The translations under genes were made by a program, and so were the position numbers. 64,000 nucleotides of DNA. Origin: Leucoraja erinacea. Its lineage: Eukaryota. The notes beneath the pieces are model-generated. The model worked only from the letters and a program-made list of their open reading frames with translations, ran no database searches and had not been told where the DNA came from. Location: positions 25,544,001 to 25,608,000 of the forward strand of contig NC_073391.1 in assembly GCF_028641065.1 (NCBI RefSeq), given 5' to 3'. Position 1 is the first letter of the stretch; each line of letters starts with the position of its first letter. Shown here piece after piece: positions 26,882 to 38,085 of this stretch.

Positions 26882-28367
26882 CTAGACTAAGTGGGACCGT
26901 TGTGGCATATCACACGGGAGGGCTGGTCCCCCAATGCAATATTCTACTTCTCCACCAATTCCAATATTGGGGGGGTTTCTGGAGCGCTAGTATGGGTGTT
27001 GTGTGCTGGAGGGACTGGTTTCTAGAGGGCTAATATGGACCGTGGGCCGAATGGATTCTTGGGCTGGTGGCTCTGTCACTCAAGCCTGTTGTGCTGGCAG
27101 CTCACTCACGGCTGGTGGGCTCGCAGTTGACTCAAGGCTATTCCTTGATATTCCATTTCAAGCAGGGTGCAAGGCCACCAAATTCAAGTGCAGGTTCATA
27201 CCACTTCAAGCAGGGTGCAAGGCCACCAAATTCAAGTGCAGCTTCATACCACTTCAAGCACGGTGCAAGGCCAGTAAAGACAGCGAGTCGTCACCTCTTC
27301 CTCCTCCATGTTGCAGAGACTGAGCCACGCCCACACTTCTGGGTTTTATAGTCCCTCCCCCACTCCCACCAGAAGGGGCATGGCCTTCATGGTGTGATTG
27401 ACAGGAGAGAGAATCTCAACATTATTTAAACACTAATAACTCTTTTATTTTTCATCGATGGGTAAAATCCTCGGCACCTGATGAGCAGAGGGGACTCTTG
27501 AAGTAAGATGGCCAAAAATCACAGCCGTATGTTGTAGTGTTTTTTTCTAAAATCCATATAAAGCACAAACAGGAAGTGGTCAAGATTAGACTTTTAATTA
27601 TATATAGAAGGCAAGGCAACTTTAATTAGGCAAGGCGACTTTAATTAGGCAAGGCGACTTTAATTAAATTAGGCAACACAGCTTTAGTATTTCCAAACCA
27701 AAGGCAACACATTAGCATTTCCAAACCAAAGGCAACACAGCTTTAGTATTTCCAAACCAAAGGCAACACAGCTTTAGCATTTCCAAACTATATTTTCAAA
27801 CCACATTAAGGGCACTGACGGGTCAGTAAAACCACTCACAGTTTAGTAGACATGTGTTCAGTGTTATTCACAGCTCAGACTGAGACGGGACCCTCTCGGT
27901 CCTCCATCTTGCAGAGACTGACTGAAGCACTTCAAACCTCTGGGTTCTATACTCCCTCCGGAAGTGGCGTGGCCTTCAGGAGAGAGAATCTCAACATTTT
28001 TTTAAACACTAATAACTCTTATTTTTCATCAATTGGAAAAATTCTCTTGTCCTGCGCAGAGGGGGAGGACTCTGTAAGATGGCCAAAAATCACAGCCGTA
28101 AGTGGCAGTGTTTTTTCCACACCAAAGGCAAGGCAGCTTTAGCACTTTCAAAACAAAGGCAAGGTAGCTTTAGCACTTTCAAACCAAAGGCAACACACCT
28201 TTAGCACTTTCTAACCAAAGGCAACATAGTTTTAGTACTTTCAAACCAAAGCACACTTTTGCAGCTGTGCAGCAGAGGGGGACTCTGAGTAAGATGGCCA
28301 AAATTTTTCTAAAATCAATACACAGTGCAACAGGAATTGGTCATGATGAGACTTTTAGTAATATAGA
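26882..28367 (-). mobile_element. Non-autonomous Helitron, same family as 35984-37513
   Basis: Same ends A|TCTATATTACTAAAAG (28367) and CCCACTTAGTCTAG|T (26882); 3' hairpin partly lost; first ~700 bp colinear with the other copy. Confidence 0.85.
27609..27790. repeat. 19-bp and ~29-bp minisatellites inside Helitron
   Basis: aggcaaggcgactttaatt x3, then ccaaaccaaaggcaacacagctttagtattt-like x4; a related ~29-bp array at 28120-28260. Confidence 0.85.
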
Positions 28368-28379
28368 TACAGCTTTGAA

Positions 28380-28615
28380 ACAGACCCTTTGGCCAACCGA
28401 GTCCACGTCAACCACCGATCACCCGTTCACACTAGTTTTCACTTTCACATCCACTCCATACATGTTCAAGGCAATTTTCAGAGGCAATGGGAGGAAATCG
28501 GAGCACTCGGAGGGAGCCCATGGAGTCACAGGGAGAACATGCAACTCTACATAGATAGTACCCGGGGTCAGGATCGAACCACATGGCTCTGGCGCTATGA
28601 GGCAGCAGGTCTATC
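28380..28615 (-). mobile_element. tRNA-derived V-SINE (HE1-like) of elasmobranchs
   Basis: Minus strand ctgctgcctcatagcgccagag...GGTTCGATCC (B box)...gagttgcatgttctccctgtgac...gtgctccgatttcctccca (V-domain-like); weaker copies at ~21270-21480 and ~53245-53340. Confidence 0.7.
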
Positions 28616-29193
28616 AGTTTCCCAGAGCTAAAGATTTGTACTTTTGCTCCAATGTTTGTATGTTATACTAACTCGGTCCAACAATTTGGCCAATCATAAG
28701 TTTATCTCACACAAGAACTTGTTTGGATAGCAAAAATAAAACACTGTATTTTGCAGAGTTTATGTGCCATGACAATAATACTCCAAACCTGTGACAGGAA
28801 TGGGTACTATTCAATTTTATTCAGTGACTTAGTAACATGGGTATCGGCTAAATGACTGAAAATTACATTGCTGGCCTGAAGGACAGGAAGAATTGCTCAA
28901 TGAGTCAATGACTACCGAAGGTGGTGGTCTCATCTTTCGGGTGGACACTTTTTACAACTCCAAAATATACACAATTCTACAATCAATTTGTTTTAATTCT
29001 AGCTGGAGTTACATACAGATAGGGAAGTCAATAATACAGCATATTACAGAGTAATATTCAAAGCCACTGGTAGGTGCTAGGTCAGGAGTGAAATCCTTTT
29101 ATTTTCACTGGCTTGCGTTGATACAGATGTTTTCTTCATCACCACTGCTGTCACAGTAGAGTTCAGTTAGCCCAAAACACACCCAATAACCCA

Positions 29194-29410
29194 GCGGTAT
29201 GAACATTGACCTCCAATTTCAGGTCATCCTTGCTTTCTCCTTCCTTCCCCTCCCCTTCCCAGCTCTCCCACAGTCTACTGTCTCCACCTCTTCTTTTCTT
29301 TTTTCCGCCCCCGACATCAGTCTGAAGAAGGGTCGCGACCCGAAACAACGCCTATTCCTTCGCTCCATAGATGCTGCCTCACCCGCTGAGTTTCTCCAGC
29401 TTTTTTGTCT
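29194..29410 (+). mobile_element. Penelope-like 3' fragment with hammerhead-like core
   Basis: Reverse-complement match to 60001-60245; CTGAAGA-AGGGTCGCGACCC-GAAAC at 29322-29346; flanking 13-bp direct repeat ACCCAATAACCCA (29181-29193, 29411-29423). Confidence 0.85.
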
Positions 29411-30218
29411 ACCCAATAACCCATTGTTCAGTAATCTTTATGCCTTTAATTTGTGTTTTCAACAAACACTCATAAAAGGTTTTTAAGTAGTACAGAAATC
29501 ATCTTCAGGTTATCTCCAAGGATCTGTTGAAAATAATTGGTAATAACCTGTCCAGTTAAACTGTTGGGCTTACTGTCAGACTGTCCAGTTACTCCCTAGA
29601 GCTTGTTAATTACCTATGATGTTTCTCTATAGAGCAAGTTAATTAACTGTCATATCGCAACGATGCTTGTTAATAACCTGTCCAGTATCTCTTCAGAGTC
29701 TTTTATAACACATTATAAGCTTATATCAAGCTTACTTTTACCATCCAGAACTGCAAATTGAGATTTTTTCACTATTTGTATTATCTTTTAGGTAATTCTA
29801 TCTCAAAGTTTTTTCACATTAGTAAAGTCTAATAGATTGTCAGAAGAACTTACACAATCATTATGCAGCCAAATTGTACAGCCAAAACATTTTCTCCTGC
29901 AATATATCTCTTCACAATTTAGCAATTAGCAATCACAAAACAATCATCGATTGTAAATATAGTAAGAGTGGAATTGAATTCTAGTTTGCAGTTTCAATGA
30001 CACATACTTCTTGGTCTTAGTCGTGAAGAAGAAAGGTTAACAAAATTCATCAAAATTATTGAAAAAGTGTACAACAATCAAGTTACTGAAACGGAACTTA
30101 AAAGGTGCTTTAACTTAAATGAAACCATTTGAATCTTTATTTCACAATACAAGTTAAAGTAGCCTTCCATAAATTTGATCAGCAATTAGTGCATTTTATG
30201 GTATCAATTTTATACTTA

Positions 30219-30762
30219 TGAGCCTGTCCCACTTATGCGATTTTTCATGGGGATTGCCAGTGACTGTCAAGTTGCCGGCAGTGGCCTGAAAAACCGGCAA
30301 CTGGAATGGCGATTGTCAGAGTGGAACACACACACACACACACCGCTTCTTTCATCAGCCCGTTATGCAGGCGGAGGACAGGGCAAGCGGGTGAAGCACT
30401 GTCTGAGTGAAATTCACACAGTGCGAAAGGGGGGGGNNNNNNNNNNNNNNNNNNNNNNNNNNNNNNNNNNNNNNNNNNNNNNNNNNNNNNNNNNNNNNNN
30501 NNNNNNNNNNNNNNNNNNNNNNNNNNNNNNNNNNNNNNNNNNNNNNNNNNNNNNNNNNNNNNNNNNNNNNNNNNNNNNNNNNNNNNNNNNNNNNNNNNNN
30601 NNNNNNNNNNNNNNNNNNNNNNNNNNNNNNNNNNNNNNNNNNNNNNNNNNNNNNNNNNNNNAGGGGGGGGAGGGGGGGGGGGGGGGAGGGGTGGGGGGGG
30701 GAGGGGGGGGAGGGGGGGGGGGGGAGGAGGGGGAGAGGGGGGGGGGGGGGAGGGAGGGGGGG

Positions 30763-30796
<34 letters not shown>

Positions 30797-31656
30797 GAGG
30801 GAGGGGGGGAGAGGGGGGGGGGGGGGGAGAGGGGGGGGGGGGAGAGAGGGGGGGGGGAGGGGGGGGGGGGGAGGGAGAGGGAGGGAGGGGGGGGAGAGGG
30901 GGNNNNNNNNNNNNNNNNNNNNNNNNNNNNNNNNNNNNNNNNNNNNNNNNNNNNNNNNNNNNNNNNNNNNNNNNNNNNNNNNNNNNNNNNNNNNNNNNNN
31001 NNNNNNNNNNNNNNNNNNNNNNNNNNNNNNNNNNNNNNNNNNNNNNNGAGAGGGAGGGGGGGGGGGGGAGAGGGAGAGAGGGGGGGGGGGGGGGGGAGAG
31101 GGAGGGGTAGGGAGCGGGAGGGGGGGAGAGGGAGGGGGGGGGGGGGGAGAGAGGGACGGGGGGGGGAGAGGGACGGGGGGGGGGGGGGAGAGGGACGAGG
31201 AGGGGGGGGAGAGGGAGGGGGGGGGGAGAGGGACGGGGGGGGGGGGAGAGGGACGGGGGGGGGGAGAGGGGAGGGGGGCACTTTTAAGAAGCCAGAGATA
31301 CACGGCTGTGAAGCTCGGCAGACATTAACATTACCGGTCGGTTATCCTTGGTTCTGAAAACTACTGCTTATGTTTTTTTCCTCCAATGAGCCAATGATAT
31401 TCACCGGTCAGCACTGGCTACAGCCTACGAGAACCGTGGCCTCTTGGCAACCCACTATGACCTCCTGGCGACCCACCTACGGCACGAGAATTCTCCACGG
31501 CGGCTTCATTCTAGTTGCGGCGACCATAATGTTCCCAGAATGTGGGAACTCCTCACGATCATGATGGTGACTCCCCGGCAACCACCGGGCAACATGTAGC
31601 AACTGCATAGTCTCCTGCAGTCACCTAAAAAGTCGCCTACCAGTGGGACAGGCCCA
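30219..31656. mobile_element. Non-autonomous TIR element (possibly PIF/Harbinger-like) enclosing a G-rich tract
   Basis: TIRs tgagcctgtcccact (30219-30233) and agtgggacaggccca (31642-31656), 14/15 match; same terminus cagtgggacagg ends a fragment at ~57260-57512. No clear TSD, so the superfamily is a guess. Confidence 0.6.
30429..31278 (+). repeat. G/A-rich low-complexity tract with two assembly gaps
   Basis: Almost pure purine (G)n/GA runs; N blocks at 30437-30661 and 30903-31047. Confidence 0.95.
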
Positions 31657-31989
31657 CTGTTGGCTTCGGAAGCCGCAGTCTCCGGTAAGGGAAGCGGCCG
31701 TTCCAGGGTTCCCATGCCGCTGAGAGGATTCTCCCGACCCTGGAGCACCATCACCCGGCGAGAACGGCTTGGAACATCGGGCCTCTGTAAAGGCAACTGT
31801 GGAGGCCTCAATAGGCCCGACTATGGGTGGACATGGGATGGGGACTGGACATTGTGCCTTCCCTCATAATGGGAACCATTGTGGGGGGATGTTTTTATGT
31901 TTAAATGTCTTTATTACGGTTATGTCTGTATTAGATAGAATGATCCGAGACAGAATCAAAGCATTCCCAATTTTAGTGTTCTACCCAAG

Positions 31990-32780
31990 GTAATCAAGAT
32001 TCCGATTGAGTATAAGAGTTGGTAAATTATGTTGCAGCTGTACGAAACATAGGTTAGACAGACTATTGTGCATAGTTCTGGCTCCCACACTATGGTATGT
32101 ATGGTAGCATTTGAAAGAGCGCAGAAGAGATTGACCAGGATGTTGTGTGGAATTGAGGGCTGTGGTTTATACGGAGAGTGGATGGGCTGGATTTCTTCTC
32201 ACTGGAAGGTAGAAAAATGAAGGATGACTGTATAAAATTAGGAAGGGGCATGGATAGGATAGATAGTCAGAGAATTATTTACAGTGTAGGAATGCCCTTC
32301 TTGAATAGTTAGGGCGTCAAATGTTACAGGATGAATGGGGTTGAGAGAGAAAAATTAGCTTTAATTGGCATTACAGTCGGCTTGGATGAGTTGGGCCAAA
32401 ATGCTCTGTACCTATGATTTTAGTCAAGAGTGTTTATCTGACAATAACAATAAAACACTCTTGACTCTCTCTCTCTCGACTAGAACCATAGGTAAGTTAC
32501 ATAAATACACACACACAATGCCAAAAATAATGCCCCTAAATCTATGTAGTTGGGAACATTTGGAGATTGCAGAGTATAATAGCCTGGTAGTTGTAAGGAA
32601 GAAGCTGCTCATGATGGACATTACAGTTTTCAGGCTTCGTCCCAATAGAGGGAGTGCAGAGTGTGGCGTGGGTCTCTGATGACGTTGGCTGTTTTTTTTT
32701 GAGGCAGTGATTCTTGTAGATCTCTTAGATGATGGGAAGGTCAGTACCTGTGATGGACTGGGCAGTGTTCACCACTCTTC
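31990..32780. mobile_element. Old CR1 fragment (+) abutting a Rex1-type tail (-)
   Basis: gcagaagagattgaccaggatg (QKRLTRM) on +; gggcagtgttcaccactct (RVVNTA on -) at ~32760. Confidence 0.55.
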
Positions 32781-34662
32781 TTCATACCTAGGCATTAGAG
32801 TTCTACATCCACAGCATTGTCCATGTGTCTTCTCATTTGTTGCTTTTGGATTTGGATGCTTTGCTAGCCATCTTACATGGTCCATCTTCAATTAATTTGC
32901 ATCATCTATTGATTTTCTTTCAAACTATTCATTTGTTGGATGTACGAATCACTGGAAAGGCTAGAATTTGTAGCCAATCTCCAATTGCCTTAGATTAGAA
33001 AGTGGAGGAATCAATTCCGCAAAATGCTTTTGGCAAAGTTACTTGCTTTGTTAGGTCAGGAATTCTAGAATTTTCCATTAAAAGTATCAAACTGTAGCCT
33101 GCAGAAATTCTTCCCACAAAATGTACCTCTCCTGCAGAGTGACTGGTCAGCTCAGAGATGGATTGTACAAAATGTTAAATGGAAATATAATATCTAAACA
33201 AAACATTAACGATAAAAAAGAAATTCCAATGGCACTAACTTTGGTATGCAAAGAATTATTTTGTTAGGAAAATAAGGAAGACCCCCATGTGATAAGAAAT
33301 CTTACTTCCTCTGCATTCGGGGGTCTTCACATACCAGAGTTCTAACCTAGCACCGATTAAGCGAAAAACTGTTTCATCTAAACTGGAAGGAACGCGCTTG
33401 TAGTCAAAACAAAATTGAAAATTACAAACCATCTTGGTTGAAAATTGAAAGGGTTGTGCAAGAGAAAGAAAATGCTGTTTGTTACGATATTTCTTAAAAT
33501 TAGGTCAAGATGTGGCCTCCTTGCAATGGTTCTTGAACTTTGCTGGAGAATTTGCTATACGTCAAGTATCAATGTCTAGTGCCACTTAATCTCATGTTGA
33601 GGGGTAATAGTATGTTGGTTATCTGGACCTTTGAATGAACAAAATCATCTCAACATTACTTTCAATTTACCACCCAATGTTTTTGATATCAGACAGTGAT
33701 TTTCTATGAATAAAAAAAGTTCAATAACATAGATTTAAAATATAAATGCTTGAACATTTAATAACAGACCATTTGAAGAAAAAAAAATGATCAAAGACAA
33801 CTGAGCCTTCTGCACAAATGAAAAGAAAAAAGGTAATGTTGAGAGTGCTAACATGACTCTTCTTGTTACCCAATCAAAATTCTGGCCAACACACCTCAGA
33901 GTAAACTAAGTAGATAGTAAACTCTCAAGGATTCCTACATAAAAATAAATCTTTCTGGTTCACCAGAAGAAGAAGATATTGAAAGCAGAACAAACTAAAT
34001 CCTGACTGCTCATTGCTCAAGTCGATTAGAATAGACTGGGTGAATTCACACACTGTGCGGTTCTGCCATTAGGGATGCTGAGACTGGAAATACATACCAC
34101 CTTTTGACAAACAAAGAAAAAAAAATGCATGTGAAAGTACAAAATAGAGGAGTCCATCCTAATTTTTGTTCATTCTATTTTTGAATTCCAACCAGATTGA
34201 TTACATGCAATAGATGAAAACATGTTATTTTTATAGGTTTTATATTTGTCCCAATGTTACATCCCAACAAAGTTCATCCCAACTGAACACAGTATGAACA
34301 CTGAATTCTCATTTTTAAGTTGGTATATTTAGTTAGATAATTAGATAATAATTTGATTTTGTGCTTTGTTTTCTTAGTTGAGCACTTATCCTGGAGTTAT
34401 AGCACAAGCTCTTTGTGTTTTAATTGTAATTTAACTACATAACCCTCTCCCTCTTTCCCTAACCTACCCATGGCCTACCTGGACTTGCCCCCATTTCTCC
34501 CCACTAAAAGTTATATATTTTTTTACACTTTGAAAATTGACTGAACTGGGATTTGAACTTCGAGTCACAGAGTGATAGTGTGGAAACAGGTCCTTCGGCC
34601 CATCTTGCCCACACCAGCCAACATTTCCCAGCTACACCAGTCCTACCTGCCTGTGTTTCATC

Positions 34663-35505
34663 CATATAACCATATAACAATTACAGCATGGAAACAGGCC
34701 ATCTCGGCCCTACAAGTCCGTGCCAAACAATTATTTCCCCCTAGTCCCACCTGCCTGCACTCATACCATAACCCTCCATTCCCTTCTCATCCATATGCCT
34801 ATCCAATTTATTTTTAAATGATACCAACGAACCTGCCTCCACCACTTCCACTGGAAGCTCATTCCACACCGCTACCACTCTCCGAGTAAAGAAGTTCCCC
34901 CTCAAGTTACCCCTAAACTTATGTCCCTTAATTCTGAAGTCATGTCCTCTTGTTTGAATCTTCCCTATTCTCAAAGGGAAAAGCTGATCCACATCAACTC
35001 TGTCTATCCCTCTCATCATTTTAACGGCCTCTATCAAGTCCCCCCTTAACCTTCTGCGCTCCAGAGAATAAAGACCTAACTTATTCAACCTTTCTCTGTA
35101 GCTTAATTGTTGAAACCCAGGCAACATTCTAGTAAATCTCCTCTGTACTCTCTCTATTTTGTTGACATCCTTCCTATAATTGGGCGACCAAAATTGTACA
35201 CCATACTCCAGATTTGGTCTCACCAATGCCTTGTACAATTTTAACATTACATCCCAGCTTCTATACTCAATGCTCTGATTTATAAAGGCTAGCATACCAA
35301 AAGCTTTCTTTACCACCCTATCTATATGAGATTCCACCTTCAAGGAACTATGCATGGTTATACCCAGATCCCTCTGTTCAACTGTATTCTTCAATTCCCT
35401 ACCATTTACCATGTACGTCCTATTTTGATTTGTCCTGCCAAGGTGTAGCACCTCATATTTATCAGCATTAAACTCCATCTGCCATCTTTCAGCCCATTCT
35501 TCCAA
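34663..35505 (-). mobile_element. Young CR1 3' fragment nested in an older CR1 tail (34565-35780)
   Basis: Uninterrupted ~255-aa ORF2 C-terminus (WQMEFNADK...YKALVRPNLEY...RRLRGDLIE...WNELP); host CR1 tail continues on both sides. Confidence 0.92.
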
Positions 35506-36297
35506 ATATTCCTCCAAACCCGTCCTATCCCTGTACCTGTCTAACTATTTCCTTAAATGTTGGCATGTACCTTGCCTCAATTACCTCCACTGGCAGCTTG
35601 ATCCATACACCGACCGCCCATTGTGTGAAAAAGTTATTTCACAAATTCCTATTAAATCTTTTCCCCTTCACCTTAAACCTTTGTCTGGTCCTCAATTCAC
35701 CTACTCTGGGCAAGCGACTGTGAGATTACCCAATCTATTCCTCGCATTATTTTATATACCTCTATAAGATCACCTCTTTGTTCACGTAGCAGCTGCAATT
35801 TGAATCAAATATTTTAGTATTTATTCTACAGCCTACAGCACAAGGCTATCTGTAAAATGGTTAGTTTGAGAAATTAACACAGTAAATTAGATTTTAAATG
35901 AGCAGTTTTGCAAAATATAAAATTAGCATTTCCTAGCCTAGTTAGCTAGTGGGCAAGGTTGATGTCATCATTGGTAGAGAAGACTAGACTAAGTGGGACC
36001 CATTGGGTCCCATGTTCACACGGGAGGGCTGGTCCCCCGATGCAATATTCCACCTCTCCACCAATTCCAATATTGGTGGCCAGTTGGGGGGGGGGGGGGG
36101 GGGGGGGGCGGCTTTCTGGAGCGCTGGTATAGGTGTGTTGGCTGCAGGGACTGCTGATCTTCAGAGGTCTAGTATGGACATTGTGGGCCAAATGGATTCT
36201 AGTGGTGGCAGCTCAGTCCCCCAAGCCTGATGTGCTGGCAGCTCACTCACGGCTAGTGGGCTGGCAGTTGACTTACGGCTATTCCTTGAAACTCCAT

Positions 36298-36790
36298 TTC
36301 AAGCAGAGTGCAAGGCCACCAAATTCAAATCCATTTTTGTACCATTTCAAGCAGGATGCAAGGCCACCAAATTCAAGTGCAGTTTTTTACCTCTTCGAGC
36401 GGGGTGCAAGGCCATAAAATGCAAGTGCAGTTTCATACCACTTCAAGCAGGGTGCAAGGCCACCAAATTCAAGTTCAGTTTCCTACCACTTCAAGCAGGG
36501 TGCAAGGCCACTAAATTCAAGTGCAGTTTCATACCACTTCAAGCTGGGTGCAAGGCCACCAAATTCAGGTTCAGTTTCCTACCACTTCAAGCAGGATGCA
36601 AGGCCACTAAATTCAAGTGCAGTTTCATACCACTTCAAGCAGGGTGCAAGGCCACCAAATTCAAGTGCAGTTTCATACCATTTCAAGGAGGGTGCAAGGC
36701 CACCAAATTCAAATGCAGTTTCATACCATTTCATGCAGGGTGCAAGGCCACCACATTCAAATGCAGTTTCATACCATTTCAAGCAGGGTG
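36298..36790. repeat. 48-bp minisatellite, ~10 copies, inside Helitron
   Basis: Unit ttcaagcagggtgcaaggccaccaaattcaagtgcagtttcataccac; the same unit occurs ~2.5 times at 27157-27272. Confidence 0.92.
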
Positions 36791-37179
36791 AAACCACCAT
36801 GAAACCACCATAAAACCACACAAAACACCACACTCACAGTTCAGTAGACATTCAGTGTGTTCAGTTGATTCACAGCTCAGAGTCGTGACCTCTCCCTCCC
36901 CCATCATGCAGAGACTGAGCCACACCCACACTTCCGGATTTTATAATCCCTCCCCCTCCTACCAGAAAAGATGTGGCCTTCATGGCGTGATTGACAGGAG
37001 AGGGATTCTCAACATTTTTTAAACACTAATAACACTTTTATTTTTCATTGATGGGAAGAATCCTCTGCACCTGATGAGCGGAGGGGGACCGAGTAAGATG
37101 GCCAAAAATCACAGCCGTAAGTGGTAGCGTTCTATCTAAAATGAATATAGTGCAAACAGGAAGTTGTTAAGTTTAGACA

Positions 37180-37380
37180 AACAACCATTTGCAGTGCCTT
37201 TTACTTCAACCCAAAACCTCCAAACAACCATTTGCATTGCCTTTTCACTTCCAGCCAAAACCCCCAAGCAACGATTTGCAGTGCCTTTTCACTTCAACCC
37301 AAAACCCCCCAAGCAACCATTTGCAGTGCCTTTTCACTTCAACCCAAACCCCCCAAGCAACCATTTGCAGTGCCTTTTTA
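37180..37380. repeat. ~42-44-bp minisatellite, ~5 copies, inside Helitron
   Basis: Unit caaccatttgcagtgccttttcacttcaacccaaaacccccaag. Confidence 0.85.
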
Positions 37381-38085
37381 GTCCGGTCCAGTCCGGCGGA
37401 GGGGGGCTCTGAGCGAGGTGGCCAAAAATGACGCCCGTAAGTAGCGGCGTTCTCTCGGAAATCACATTGCAGCGAGTCAAAAGCGGTCAAGATCTTACTT
37501 TTAGTAATATAGATAGCATAATATTCTTCTTCAAAAATGACAAATCATTATTAAGACAAATTTTTTCCAGCCATGATATCAGAGTGTCTATATTGATCAA
37601 AAACACAAACAACTTTAAACTTATTTTTTTTCCTATTCCATCCAGTTCACAATTAGAGACATGCAATCACAGATCTCTGACATTACTGGCCAATAAAAAT
37701 ACAAGTCATTAAATTTAATGTGTCCTGTTACTTAACTCCAATCTAGCAGGAAGCTAAATGGGTCTTGATTACTGAATTTCATAGTATTAGAACTGCCACA
37801 AATTGAAGTATTATAGCAAAATAGTTATAATTATGTATATAAATAAATGTATAACTCTGGAAAGATTTTTTTTTAAAGATAGAATGAATTAATGTTAATT
37901 GGCCAAGTATTCACACACAAGGAATTTACCTTGGTGCTCCGTCCGTAAGTGACAACATGACATACAGTGATAGTTAGGAATGACACATAAAACATTAATA
38001 ATAAAACATTATGCATTAAACATGCAAATTAAATAAAATACCAGAGCAAAGGGAGGCTACAGATTTGGTTTTTGGTTTTACTTAC

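Larger units (their letters stand above)
35984..37513 (-). mobile_element. Non-autonomous Helitron
   Basis: Minus strand A|TCTATATTACTAAAAG ... TGGGACCC-AAT-GGGTCCCA (8-bp hairpin, 35994-36012) 6 nt before CTAG|T; inserted between A and T with no TSD; internal minisatellites; no Rep/helicase ORF. Confidence 0.88.

Noticed and set aside
30235-31357. Long Gly-rich and Pro-rich ORFs (291-352 aa)
   Set aside because: Translations of poly-G/C low-complexity sequence and N gaps.
32422-32466. 14-bp inverted repeat agtcaagagtgttt/aaacactcttgact
   Set aside because: Best explained as two LINE-type 3' tails (caataaaacactcttgact) in opposite orientation, not a functional hairpin.
36298-36790. CRISPR-like array or repeat protein (FHTTSSRVQGHQIQVQ)n
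   Set aside because: Units are head-to-tail with no unique spacers, no cas genes, eukaryotic context; the ORFs arise because the 48-bp unit is a multiple of 3.
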